Origin: Armatimonadia bacterium
Lineage (GTDB): Bacteria > Armatimonadota > Zipacnadia > Zipacnadales > UBA11051
Direction: 5' to 3'
Assembly (NCBI GenBank): GCA_039683575.1
Contig: JBDKRC010000208.1
Location: 1 to 52,068, forward strand
DNA: 52,068 nt
Part shown: one piece after another, positions 28,252 through 36,450 of the stretch
How the letters are laid out: each line of letters opens with the position of its first letter
Position numbering within the stretch: position 1 is the stretch's first letter
The notes under the pieces: generated by a model
Databases searched by the model: none
What the model saw: only the letters and a program-made list of their open reading frames with translations
Told to the model about the DNA's origin: nothing
Program-made: the position numbers and the translations under genes

Positions 28252-28998
28252 TTATTCCTCGTTCGAACGGTTAGTGGGCGCCGCCGGGGCGGCTGGACGG
28301 GCGGCCGGCGCGAAGGGAGCGGCGGGGTCTACGCGGACAACCTTTACAGTTTTGGGGACGTTAATCTGCCAGTCGGCAACAACGCGACTGAAGACTCTCG
28401 GGATCATGAATGCCGTCTGGCCGGAGACGGTGCCTCCGGGGGCCAGGGTGGTCGGCGACAGGAAGGGGAAGCCACTTATCACAGCATCGGCGGTCGAGAA
28501 CTGGTCGGAGCGGTAGATCTTCCCATCGACGTTGAGGGAGAAGGCATTGTTGTCTACGGCGACATTCTCAGTGCTCCGGTTGTAAATCGTCACACCAAGC
28601 GCCACGAACTGGAACCCTGACATTGAGCCCTGTATCTGCTGCCCCAAAATCGAGGGGCTCACAGGATAGAGAAGCCAGCGCCAGGTGACCGTCCCAGATG
28701 GCTGCGGGGCCTCTTCCTTTGGCTGCGGCTGGACCTCGGTGACCGGAGCCTGAGGAGCGGCCGGGACCTTCGTCTCGGGCAGGGGCGCGGCCTCGATGGG
28801 CTTCTGACGAGCTTCAGGGAGCGCGGGAGCGGGCAGATCAGGCAGGTTGGTCGCCGGAGCGGCAGGCAGTGGGGCCTTCGGATGCAAGGTGGTCCACAGG
28901 GCCAGGGCGATCACGATAAGCAGCAGAACGGCAGCGACGATGGCGATGACGCCCATCAACTTCATCTTACCGTCTGGTTTTCCGGGTGGCTTGCCCAT
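28252..28998 (-). CDS. Membrane-anchored DUF4352-like protein
   Basis: Single N-terminal TM, Pro-rich linker, Ig-like 'V.I.N.S.E.V.V....FSL..DG..Y...LAPGGTVSG...F.IP'. ATG 28998 after GGAGGT. Confidence 0.65.
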   Translation of the reverse strand: MGKPPGKPDGKMKLMGVIAIVAAVLLLIVIALALWTTLHPKAPLPAAPATNLPDLPAPALPEARQKPIEAAPLPETKVPAAPQAPVTEVQPQPKEEAPQPSGTVTWRWLLYPVSPSILGQQIQGSMSGFQFVALGVTIYNRSTENVAVDNNAFSLNVDGKIYRSDQFSTADAVISGFPFLSPTTLAPGGTVSGQTAFMIPRVFSRVVADWQINVPKTVKVVRVDPAAPFAPAARPAAPAAPTNRSNEE

Positions 28999-29159
28999 GG
29001 GTGGACCTCCAGATGAGCGGCAGGATTGGTGATTTCCCCGCCGGCCATGCCGAGACCTGCAGGTCTCAGCGCGGGACCTGCAGGTATGTGACTGTCGGCG
29101 GAGGAAAGCGACGCCGCTGCCTCGAAAGCCTCGCCACAACCTGCATGGGAGATGATGTG

Positions 29160-30680
29160 ATGCTGCAGCGACACGATTTCGCAGCGATGTCGCCGGGAAC
29201 GCTGCCCGAGGGCTTTAGCGCCTCAGGATGGGCGCTCAAGCCCGTGGCGCGCCATCCGCTGAATACTGAACGGATGAAGGCAGTCGACTCGCCCGACTGT
29301 CATGTGGCGTTCCCCAGCATCTGCAAGACCCTCAGCGGCGAACTGCTCGTGGTCTATCGCGAGGCCTTCACCCACGCTGTCAGCCAGGACCCGCACGATG
29401 GCAAAATCGCCCTGATTCGCTCAACAGATGGTGGCAGGAGCTGGAGCGAGCGGGTCATCATCATGGATGCCGATGATTACGACGACCGGAACGCAGCGAT
29501 TGCCTGCGCGCCCGATGGCCAGCTCCTCGTGTGCTGGGACAAGTGGCTGCCGCCGCTGCACCGCGGCGCGTACTTCATGACCAGCGAGGACGACGGGTAC
29601 ACGTGGAGCGACCCGCGAAAGCTGCAGCCGGTTGAGAATGTGCACACTCGCTCCCCCGCCCTGAAGCTGCGGGACGGAAACTGGCTCATCCCACTGGCCG
29701 AGGGCGAGGGAGACGGCCTCGCGGCGTATGCAACGATTGTGAATCCGAACACCGGCGAGTCGGAGATGTTCCCGATCACAACGCTGGGCGACAAGGCGCT
29801 GGCGGATGAGGTGTGCGTGACCTATGCATCTGACGGGGCCATAGTGGCCCTGGGGCGGTCATACAGTCACCGCTATCTCTGGCAGACGCGGTCGGTAGAC
29901 GAGGGACGGACGTGGGAGAGGCCGTGGATGTCGGAGATACCGTCGCAGTATTCGCCCGCGGATCTGATAACGCTGGACGACGGGCGGCTGCTGTGCAGCT
30001 TTTCGTTCCGCGAGCGGCGCAACGAGCGCCTGGTACTGTCGAACGACGGCGGAGCGACGTGGGATATCGAGAACAGCGTGGACGTCTTCGACGGGACCAT
30101 GGAGGTCGGCGGCGACCGCTCGTATGCGGCGACGGTGCAGGCTGACGCGGAGACGGTCGGGACCGTGCTTTATGAGACGAAGGCATACCCTGATGGCGGG
30201 ACCATCTACTTCGTCCGCACGCCCCTGGCGGAGTTCGAGCGGACGCCTGTGACGGCGCTCTACGCGCAGGAGGCCGAGGAAGCGAAGATGCAGGTCCCAG
30301 TACCGGAGGGAGCCCGGAAAATAGGCCTGCGCTACCGGTTCATGGGGAAGTTTGGCGAGCCGCCGAGCCGACTGGAGGTGGGGCTGGCAGGAGTGACGGT
30401 GGCCTACCAGATGGGCGCAACACCGGACCGGAAGGGGAACATCAACTGGGTGGACGCGCAGGACGCAGAGGGACGCACCCTGGCGTCCCAGGAGGCGGCC
30501 GGGGACTGGTTCGACGATGGGAACGAGCACGAGTTGCGGCTTGTACTGGCGGAGGAGAAGGTGGCACTGGAGATTGATGGGTGGCGGCAGTTCGAGGTGC
30601 CAGCGGCCGCGAAGGCTGAGAGCCTGGAGATCACGGCACGGCGGGCTTCCGTGGCCATCTACGAGGTCGGGTTCGCTTAG
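29160..30680 (+). CDS. Sialidase/BNR-repeat (Asp-box) glycoside hydrolase-like protein
   Basis: Asp-boxes STDGGRSW, SEDDGYTW, SVDEGRTW, SNDGGATW; 'AFP' motif. Start placed after GGGAG RBS. Confidence 0.85.
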   Translation: MLQRHDFAAMSPGTLPEGFSASGWALKPVARHPLNTERMKAVDSPDCHVAFPSICKTLSGELLVVYREAFTHAVSQDPHDGKIALIRSTDGGRSWSERVIIMDADDYDDRNAAIACAPDGQLLVCWDKWLPPLHRGAYFMTSEDDGYTWSDPRKLQPVENVHTRSPALKLRDGNWLIPLAEGEGDGLAAYATIVNPNTGESEMFPITTLGDKALADEVCVTYASDGAIVALGRSYSHRYLWQTRSVDEGRTWERPWMSEIPSQYSPADLITLDDGRLLCSFSFRERRNERLVLSNDGGATWDIENSVDVFDGTMEVGGDRSYAATVQADAETVGTVLYETKAYPDGGTIYFVRTPLAEFERTPVTALYAQEAEEAKMQVPVPEGARKIGLRYRFMGKFGEPPSRLEVGLAGVTVAYQMGATPDRKGNINWVDAQDAEGRTLASQEAAGDWFDDGNEHELRLVLAEEKVALEIDGWRQFEVPAAAKAESLEITARRASVAIYEVGFA

Positions 30681-30696
30681 GGGGTCGCGCGCGTCC

Positions 30697-31740
30697 CTAA
30701 TCGCGCACGAAGTTGACCATGTCTTCCAGCGACAAGCCCTGCAGGCCCAGTTGTTCCAGGCGGCGGGGCTTGTTTGCTGTGTAGTCACGGCCGGTCGCGA
30801 CTTCGGCGAGGCGAACTATCGCTTCGATTGTGGGCAGCTTGAGGCCAGCCACTTCGGCCAGCGCCAGCCACGTAATGAGGCCCTCTCCCACGTCCTCGTG
30901 CATGTAGCGATGGTCGAGAGTGTTCGGTGCCGTCAGCGGCCCGAAAACCGCACTGTCGCGGTAGCAGGCCAGGTAATCATCGCTGTCCGCGTACCCCTGC
31001 AGGTGCGACAGGACCGGTTCGGGGATGAGATCGAAGCCAAAGGCCCGCGCGAGGGACTGGCGCTCGGTGTCCACCTGCTCAATGAGACGGGCCACGGCGG
31101 GGCTCATGCCGTCACCATAGAAGCGGAAGCTCCCGTCATTGCGCTCGATGTTCGCGGCGTTGAGCAGGGCAATTGCGGGGTGAAGGACGGGGTTACCGTT
31201 GTAGAGGCCGGTTTCGAGGACCGAATGGGCAGGTACGAGGAAGGGGTAGAAGGGCTTCACGGCCTGCAGCATGGTCTCTGTCTGGCTGGCCGGGAGTGCG
31301 GCGAAACGCACATGCTCAACGTGCAGGGTCACTCGCACGCCGCCAGGGACGGGGCGGGCGCAGTGGGTCAGGGTGGAGGTTTCGGCGAGCAGCGGACGGG
31401 GCCGTCCCTGCTGGCGGAAGGCCTCACCAATTTCGAGAGCGCCGCCGAGACTGCCGGGGTTGAGCAGGAGCATCTGGTCAGCCCTCATGAGCCGGGGGAG
31501 CTCCGTGGCCAGGTAGTGGTGCATGGGGCGCTGAACGCAAGCGACGATAAGCTCTGCGCCGTTGATGGCCGAAGCCAGGGAGGTGGTGGTGGCGAAACCG
31601 GCGTCGCCGAGGTCATCGAGATTGGCGGCGAAGTCCGGATGCTCCCATAGGGTTACGTGTAGGCCATGTTCGAGAAGCTGAAAGGCCGAGGCACGGCCGC
31701 CGCCGCCGGCGCCCAGGACTGTTGCCTTGCTGATGGTCAT
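30697..31740 (-). CDS. NAD/NADP-dependent opine (octopine/nopaline) dehydrogenase family protein
   Basis: GAGGGG Rossmann, LNPGSLGGALE, AETSTL, N.NPVLHP, FY.DG, HRYMHEDV..GL. Confidence 0.9.
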   Translation of the reverse strand: MTISKATVLGAGGGGRASAFQLLEHGLHVTLWEHPDFAANLDDLGDAGFATTTSLASAINGAELIVACVQRPMHHYLATELPRLMRADQMLLLNPGSLGGALEIGEAFRQQGRPRPLLAETSTLTHCARPVPGGVRVTLHVEHVRFAALPASQTETMLQAVKPFYPFLVPAHSVLETGLYNGNPVLHPAIALLNAANIERNDGSFRFYGDGMSPAVARLIEQVDTERQSLARAFGFDLIPEPVLSHLQGYADSDDYLACYRDSAVFGPLTAPNTLDHRYMHEDVGEGLITWLALAEVAGLKLPTIEAIVRLAEVATGRDYTANKPRRLEQLGLQGLSLEDMVNFVRD

Positions 31741-31806
31741 GATTTGCCTTTGTGGACGTCAGGAAGCGGACGGACCATGGTCCGCCCACGGAGTGCGAAA
31801 GCGGCT

Positions 31807-32625
31807 CTACCGTTCGTTCTCGAGTGAGGTCAGGAAGTCTCGGAGCAGGTCGGTCACTGAGTCGGCCGCGGCTCGTTGCCTGCGTGGCGGGCACGGTGGC
31901 TCTATGAGAAGCTTGTCGGCCTTAACCGGCACAATGTCGCCCACCAGGCCAGCGATATGCTGTTGCAGCGTTTCGAAGGTCTCCTCGATGGAGCGAGAGG
32001 CGTCCACGGCGGTGAAGCCATACTCCTCGCCGAGCTGGTCGAACTGGTCGAGCATAGCGGTCTGGTGCTTGATGAAACAGTCATACAGGTCGCCGCGGAG
32101 GTAGTCGGCGCCGGATTCCCAGTAGTCAAAGCCACCGCTGGCGAGGACCCGGGGGATGAGGTCTCGTACGCTGATCTTGAGGTAGTAGATGGCAGAGGGG
32201 TTGACCGCAAAGCCGTAGACCTTGCGAATCCAGGTGGGACAGAGGCCGCGGACGATGGCGCGGCCGATAAGGGAGTAAACGTAGCGGTCGGTGAGAACGA
32301 CATAGCCAGCGCGCAGGGCGGGGACCATTTCGTTCTCGAGGCGGTCAGCGAAGTCGGTAGCATAGAAGAGGGCCTGGGTCATGCGACCCATGGTGTGTCC
32401 CTGCTGGGCTTCGCGGAGGTGTCGGCCAGCCAGGTTGGAGCGGGTGAGGCCGGTATCGTAGACGGCGAGGCCGGAGCTTTCCAGCCAGCGCTTGAGCAGG
32501 CGGATCTGGGTCGAGCGGCCGACGCCGTCAGTGCCCTCAAGGACGATCAGGCGGCCGGGATACTCCTCCTCGACGAGGCCAGGATACGGTTGCCAGTAGC
32601 TTTCGATGCGCATGGATCGCTCCAT
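31807..32625 (-). CDS. Thymidylate-kinase-like protein with variant P-loop (GTDGVGRST)
   Basis: LIVLEGTDGVGRST, DFADRLE..MVPALRAG.VVLTDRY. Start may be 32610. Confidence 0.85.
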   Translation of the reverse strand: MERSMRIESYWQPYPGLVEEEYPGRLIVLEGTDGVGRSTQIRLLKRWLESSGLAVYDTGLTRSNLAGRHLREAQQGHTMGRMTQALFYATDFADRLENEMVPALRAGYVVLTDRYVYSLIGRAIVRGLCPTWIRKVYGFAVNPSAIYYLKISVRDLIPRVLASGGFDYWESGADYLRGDLYDCFIKHQTAMLDQFDQLGEEYGFTAVDASRSIEETFETLQQHIAGLVGDIVPVKADKLLIEPPCPPRRQRAAADSVTDLLRDFLTSLENER

Positions 32626-32673
32626 TAAGGGCGAGAATCGGCGGGCAGTGTCTGGGCGTCCGAGGCCAACTCT

Positions 32674-33351
32674 CTATTCGCCGGCGGGTTTCCTGAGCAG
32701 GCCTTCGAGGTGGGGACGAACGATCTCTCTGACTTGCTCCTGCTGGTCTGGAATCGGCAGCGTGGCATCGATGACCTGCAGGGAGAACTCGCCAATCATG
32801 CTCTCGTATTGTTCCAGAATCTTGGCCTGGAAGATGCGGAAGGACTCGTACGGGTCGTCGCTCCAGCCCATGTCCTGGCCGGCTTCGTAGTACTTGAGTT
32901 CCGGTCGCCCGACCATGATGCGGTCCAGGGCCACCTCAAGGGGGACCCGGAAGTACAGCGCCACGGCAGGCTGGACGGAGAAGGAATAAAGCTCCCGAAC
33001 CCAGTCTGGATGGCAGCCGCGGGCGCCATCGCGGGCGAAGGCGGTGAAGGCATAGCGGTCGGCGAGCACCACTGCCCCCGCTTTGAGCGGCGGAATGATA
33101 TTGCGTTCAGTGCGGTCGGCAAAGTCAGTCGCGTGGACCAGGCTGAAGGTAAGTGGGGTAAGCAGGTGCCGCTGTTTTCCGCGCTTGGTAGCCCGTTTAA
33201 CGAGCTCGGAGGAGTTCCATTCGGAGAAGAAGGTGCTGTAGCCTTGTGCCTGCAGCCAGGTGTCGAGCAGGTGCATCTGGGTGCTCTTGCCAGAGCCGTC
33301 GATACCCTCAACGACGAAAAGCTTCCCCGGGAAGTCACTGCTGGGGCGCAT
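32674..33351 (-). CDS. tmk: Thymidylate kinase (dTMP kinase)-like protein
   Basis: VEGIDGSGKST P-loop, IIPPLKAGAVVLADRY. Confidence 0.8.
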   Translation of the reverse strand: MRPSSDFPGKLFVVEGIDGSGKSTQMHLLDTWLQAQGYSTFFSEWNSSELVKRATKRGKQRHLLTPLTFSLVHATDFADRTERNIIPPLKAGAVVLADRYAFTAFARDGARGCHPDWVRELYSFSVQPAVALYFRVPLEVALDRIMVGRPELKYYEAGQDMGWSDDPYESFRIFQAKILEQYESMIGEFSLQVIDATLPIPDQQEQVREIVRPHLEGLLRKPAGE

Positions 33352-33571
33352 TGTGGATCACTCGCCATCCATGTAGATAACAGGCTAAGATCGCTGGGAA
33401 GTATAGCATGAAGTTCCCCTGTACGCCAATTCAGGAAACGATGCCAGGAATCCTGCAGTAATCAGCAGGATTCGTGCAGCAATAACAAGGATTCCAGCAG
33501 GTGACTTGAAGTTGATGTTGAAGTATACTCAAGTCCATTGCACTACAAGCCGTAGCCAAGGTGAATACCCC

Positions 33572-34462
33572 ATGCCCGAGTTGTCCCTCAACGTCCGGCA
33601 CTATCATTTCGATTTTGCCGAAGGTACGCCCTGGCGTGAAGAGAACACGCGGGAGGTTGACAGCACTCGCAGGCTGAACCCCGCGGAGACCGCGCTGGTC
33701 CTGGTGGACTGCTGGGACCGCCACTACCTCAAGAGTTTTCTCGAACGCAGCGACAAGATCATCAGCGAATATATCGTTCCGGTGCGCGAGGCGTGCCATG
33801 AGGCGGGAATCACAGTGATTCACGCCCCGTCGCCGCCGCAGGCCAAGCGCTACCCCCAGTCGGTCCAGTATGCGGCGGATGACGACCTGTTCGGGCCGAG
33901 CCCGCACGGCCACCAGGCGGAATGGCCGCCGACAGCCTTCCGTCAGCGAACCGGCGAGTACCAGGAGTTCGCCAAGCCCCCGGGCGCCGTAGTACAGGCG
34001 TGGCGGGTCGTGGAGGCCGATCAGCGCAAGATAGCGCCGGAGCTCGAGCCGCGTGAGGGTGAATTCGTCATCGCCACAGGGCGGCAGCTACACCGTCTGT
34101 GCCGCCACCGCAAGATATTGCATCTGCTGTATGTGGGCTTCGCGGCGAACATGTGCATGCTCGCCCGCGACTATGGCATGAGGGCAATGCACCAGCGGGG
34201 GTACAACGTCGTGCTCCTGCGCGATTGCACCACGGGCATTGAGGCCCGGGACACCGTGCAGTCACAGGCACTAAGGCAGGCGGCGGTGCTCGAGGTGGAG
34301 ATGATGCTGGGCTTCACGACTACCTCGAGCGATGTCATCCAGGCAGTGCGCGAGTACGTGCAGGCGCCGCCAGCCGCCGCAGAAGGCGGGTCCGGCGGCG
34401 GGCGAGGGCTGACGATGCCGCGGCCGCTGGAGAGGCTGGCCTCACGGTTGGGCGCGAGGTAG
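33572..34462 (+). CDS. Isochorismatase-family cysteine hydrolase
   Basis: ETALVLVDCW, VIHAPS, GFAANMC, GYNVVLLRDCT. Start at ATG 33572 after AAGGTG; GTGACT-N17-TATACT promoter at 33501-33529. Confidence 0.85.
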   Translation: MPELSLNVRHYHFDFAEGTPWREENTREVDSTRRLNPAETALVLVDCWDRHYLKSFLERSDKIISEYIVPVREACHEAGITVIHAPSPPQAKRYPQSVQYAADDDLFGPSPHGHQAEWPPTAFRQRTGEYQEFAKPPGAVVQAWRVVEADQRKIAPELEPREGEFVIATGRQLHRLCRHRKILHLLYVGFAANMCMLARDYGMRAMHQRGYNVVLLRDCTTGIEARDTVQSQALRQAAVLEVEMMLGFTTTSSDVIQAVREYVQAPPAAAEGGSGGGRGLTMPRPLERLASRLGAR

Positions 34463-34495
34463 CCCAAAAAAGCTGCGATTTTTTCGCGTCGCCCC

Positions 34496-34524
34496 TTAAC
34501 AGCGGGGGCCTCTCCGTCTATAAT
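34496..34524 (+). promoter_or_regulatory. sigma70-type promoter of structured leader/ncRNA
   Basis: TTAACA (34496-34501), 17 nt, TATAAT (34519-34524); A/T tracts upstream resemble an UP element. Confidence 0.75.
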
Positions 34525-34530
34525 GCCGCT

Positions 34531-34857
34531 GAAGCACCTTTGCGGCGCGTCTGCGCCGCGAGAGTAATATGTGGGCCTTGACGGCCCCGAAGGTTAGTAA
34601 AGTGAAGTCTTCGGCCACGAACAGCACCAGGATTAGGATGAGCGTTACCAACCTCAACCTAGCCTTGTGTCTGCTCTCCGCCGGTCATTCCATTATGAAC
34701 CTTAGCCACGTACCGGTTATTAGCCATGTGGTTAACCTTCATAAGAATGCCTGCGCAGCGGTCGGAACTATCAGTGACGGATAAGCTTTAACGGAACTCC
34801 AGTAACTGACACGGCCGCGAGCAGGCGAAGAGCCAGCTAGCGGCCGTTTTATTTTTG
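34531..34857 (+). ncRNA. Unclassified large structured RNA or riboswitch-like leader
   Basis: Nested helices: 34551-556/34753-758; 34560-566/34672-678; 34587-595/34606-614; 34629-646/34650-665; 34686-709/34728-749; 34771-775/34805-809 with loop-E motif GAC/AGUA. About 50% GC (121/240 counted over 34561-34800). Confidence 0.7.
34811..34856 (+). terminator. Intrinsic terminator ending the leader RNA, upstream of the sigma gene
   Basis: acggccgc (34811-818)/gcggccgt (34840-847) plus inner agc/gct and ggc/gcc pairs, followed by tttattttt. Confidence 0.8.
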
Positions 34858-34893
34858 CATATAGCGCACCTGGCGTGCGCAGGGAGAGTTCCG

Positions 34894-35427
34894 ATGAGAC
34901 AGTTAGTGGAGGAAGCACAAAAAGGCTGTATGGCGGCGCGGACGCGGCTGGCGGCAGTGCTGCGCCCGCGCCTGATGACGATGGCACGCTACTATGCGCG
35001 CAAGACCTGGCTGGACTACGAAGACCTGTTGCAGGAGGCGTGGGTGGCGGTCTACGAGGCGCTGCCGGAGACGAAGCTCAATATCGGCGAGCCGGAGGAG
35101 TACCTGATGCGGCGGGCCCGCTGGGCAGTGTTGGACTACCTGAAGTGGTCACTGCGCCGCCAGATGGAGCCGCTGGAGGACTGGACGCCCGAACGGCAGG
35201 TGGCAGGGGCCGAGGGCGAGGTCGTGGCGCGGGCCACGGTGGAGCGCGTGGCAGAGGGGCTGTCGGAGATGCAGCAGAAGGTGCTGCGACTGCTCCTGGC
35301 GGGAGAGAGCTGCACGGACGCGGCCGAGACCCTGGGGTGTACGACCGCAAACGTCAGTTACCACCTTGGGCAGGTGCGGCGGCAGATGGAGGGCGTACTG
35401 GGCGAAATGGAGCCCGCTCTCGTCTAA
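34894..35427 (+). CDS. sigma-70 family (ECF/SigH-like) RNA polymerase sigma factor, no adjacent anti-sigma
   Basis: 'LV..AQ.G', 'DYEDLLQEAWVAVYEAL', 'A..AVLDYL', region 4 'LSEMQQKVLRLLLAGESCTDAAETLG.T..NVSYHL'. AGGGAG RBS before ATG 34894. Confidence 0.88.
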   Translation: MRQLVEEAQKGCMAARTRLAAVLRPRLMTMARYYARKTWLDYEDLLQEAWVAVYEALPETKLNIGEPEEYLMRRARWAVLDYLKWSLRRQMEPLEDWTPERQVAGAEGEVVARATVERVAEGLSEMQQKVLRLLLAGESCTDAAETLGCTTANVSYHLGQVRRQMEGVLGEMEPALV

Positions 35428-35480
35428 AGAATGGAACAGGGGAGTGGCCAAGCTCTCCCCCGCACCAATGAGGTGATACG

Positions 35481-36428
35481 ATGACCGGCTCCGGCACCAA
35501 TCCACTGAGGATCATCTCCGGCAGTTCCAACCGCCCTCTGGCGGATGAAGTCTGCGAACAGCTCGACGTGGCACTTACGCCCGTCGAGCTGTCTCGTTTC
35601 TCTAATGAGAACCTGGCGGTGCAGGTCCTCGATAGCGTGCGCGAGTGCGACGTCTTTGTGATACAGTCGCTCTATCCCGCTCCGAGCGAGAGCCTCATCG
35701 AGTTGATGCTGCTGCTTGACGCTTGTCGCAGTGCCTCCGCCGCCCGTGTCACCGCTGTCATCCCCCACTACTCCTACGCCCGTTCAGACAAGAAGGACAA
35801 GCCGCGTATCTCCATCGCGGCCCGGCTGATGGCCGACGTGTTGACCACAGCCGGCGCGAACCGCTTCCTGACGATGAACCTGCATTCCGAACAGGTGCGT
35901 GGGTTCTTCAGCGTCCCGACTGATCACCTGCTGGCGATGCCGGTGATCTGCGAGTATCTGCGGCAGGGAGACCTGTCGAACGCGACTGCGCTGTTTGATC
36001 TGGGGCAGGACAAGCGGGCAGGCAACTACGCCGAGGCGCTGGGCATTCCGCTGGCTGTGGTAGACAAGCGGCGCATCAGCGACACCGAGGTTGAGATCAG
36101 GGCCCTGATTGGGGAGGTCGAGGGGAAGGATGTCATCTTCTTTGATGACGAGATCAGCCGCGGGACGTCGCTGATTGCGACCCTGAACGCGATCAAGCAG
36201 ATGGGGGCGAGAAGCGTCCGCGCAGCGTGTACGCACGGGCTGTTTGCGGGTAACGCGATGGCCGAGATAGACCTTTCGGTACTGACAGAAGTCATCAGCA
36301 CCAATACCGTCAATGTGCCGCCCGAAAAGCGCATTCCCAAGCTGACGGTGCTGTCAGTGGCTCCACTCTTCGCGGCGGCGATCGCGAACACCCATGACGG
36401 GCGGTCGATCAGCACGCTGTTTACCTAG
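35481..36428 (+). CDS. prs: Ribose-phosphate pyrophosphokinase (PRPP synthetase)
   Basis: SGSSNRPLA, RFSNEN, SAARVTAVIPHYSYARSDKK, MNLHSEQVRGFF, DKRR, GEVEGKD, ACTHGLF. Confidence 0.93.
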   Translation: MTGSGTNPLRIISGSSNRPLADEVCEQLDVALTPVELSRFSNENLAVQVLDSVRECDVFVIQSLYPAPSESLIELMLLLDACRSASAARVTAVIPHYSYARSDKKDKPRISIAARLMADVLTTAGANRFLTMNLHSEQVRGFFSVPTDHLLAMPVICEYLRQGDLSNATALFDLGQDKRAGNYAEALGIPLAVVDKRRISDTEVEIRALIGEVEGKDVIFFDDEISRGTSLIATLNAIKQMGARSVRAACTHGLFAGNAMAEIDLSVLTEVISTNTVNVPPEKRIPKLTVLSVAPLFAAAIANTHDGRSISTLFT

Positions 36429-36450
36429 GGGAGACGCAGCGGACCCAAGT

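Noticed and set aside
34757-34775. T-box-like string AGCGGTCGGAACTA pairing with the terminator
   Set aside because: It lacks the UGGN bulge needed to pair with tRNA NCCA, no Stem I with AG-bulge/distal T-loops is visible, and the downstream gene is not amino-acid related.
34569-34784. 71-aa ORF inside the structured leader
   Set aside because: AT-rich codons unlike neighbouring genes, weak RBS and no recognisable motif; the pervasive base-pairing explains the sequence better. A leader-peptide role cannot be fully excluded.
34531-34857. Assignment as tmRNA, RNase P, SRP, or a lysine, cobalamin or ykkC/PRPP riboswitch
   Set aside because: None of the diagnostic conserved sequences (tRNA-like ends, GAGGAAAGUCC, SRP domain IV loop, B12 box, ykkC 3' tail) are present.
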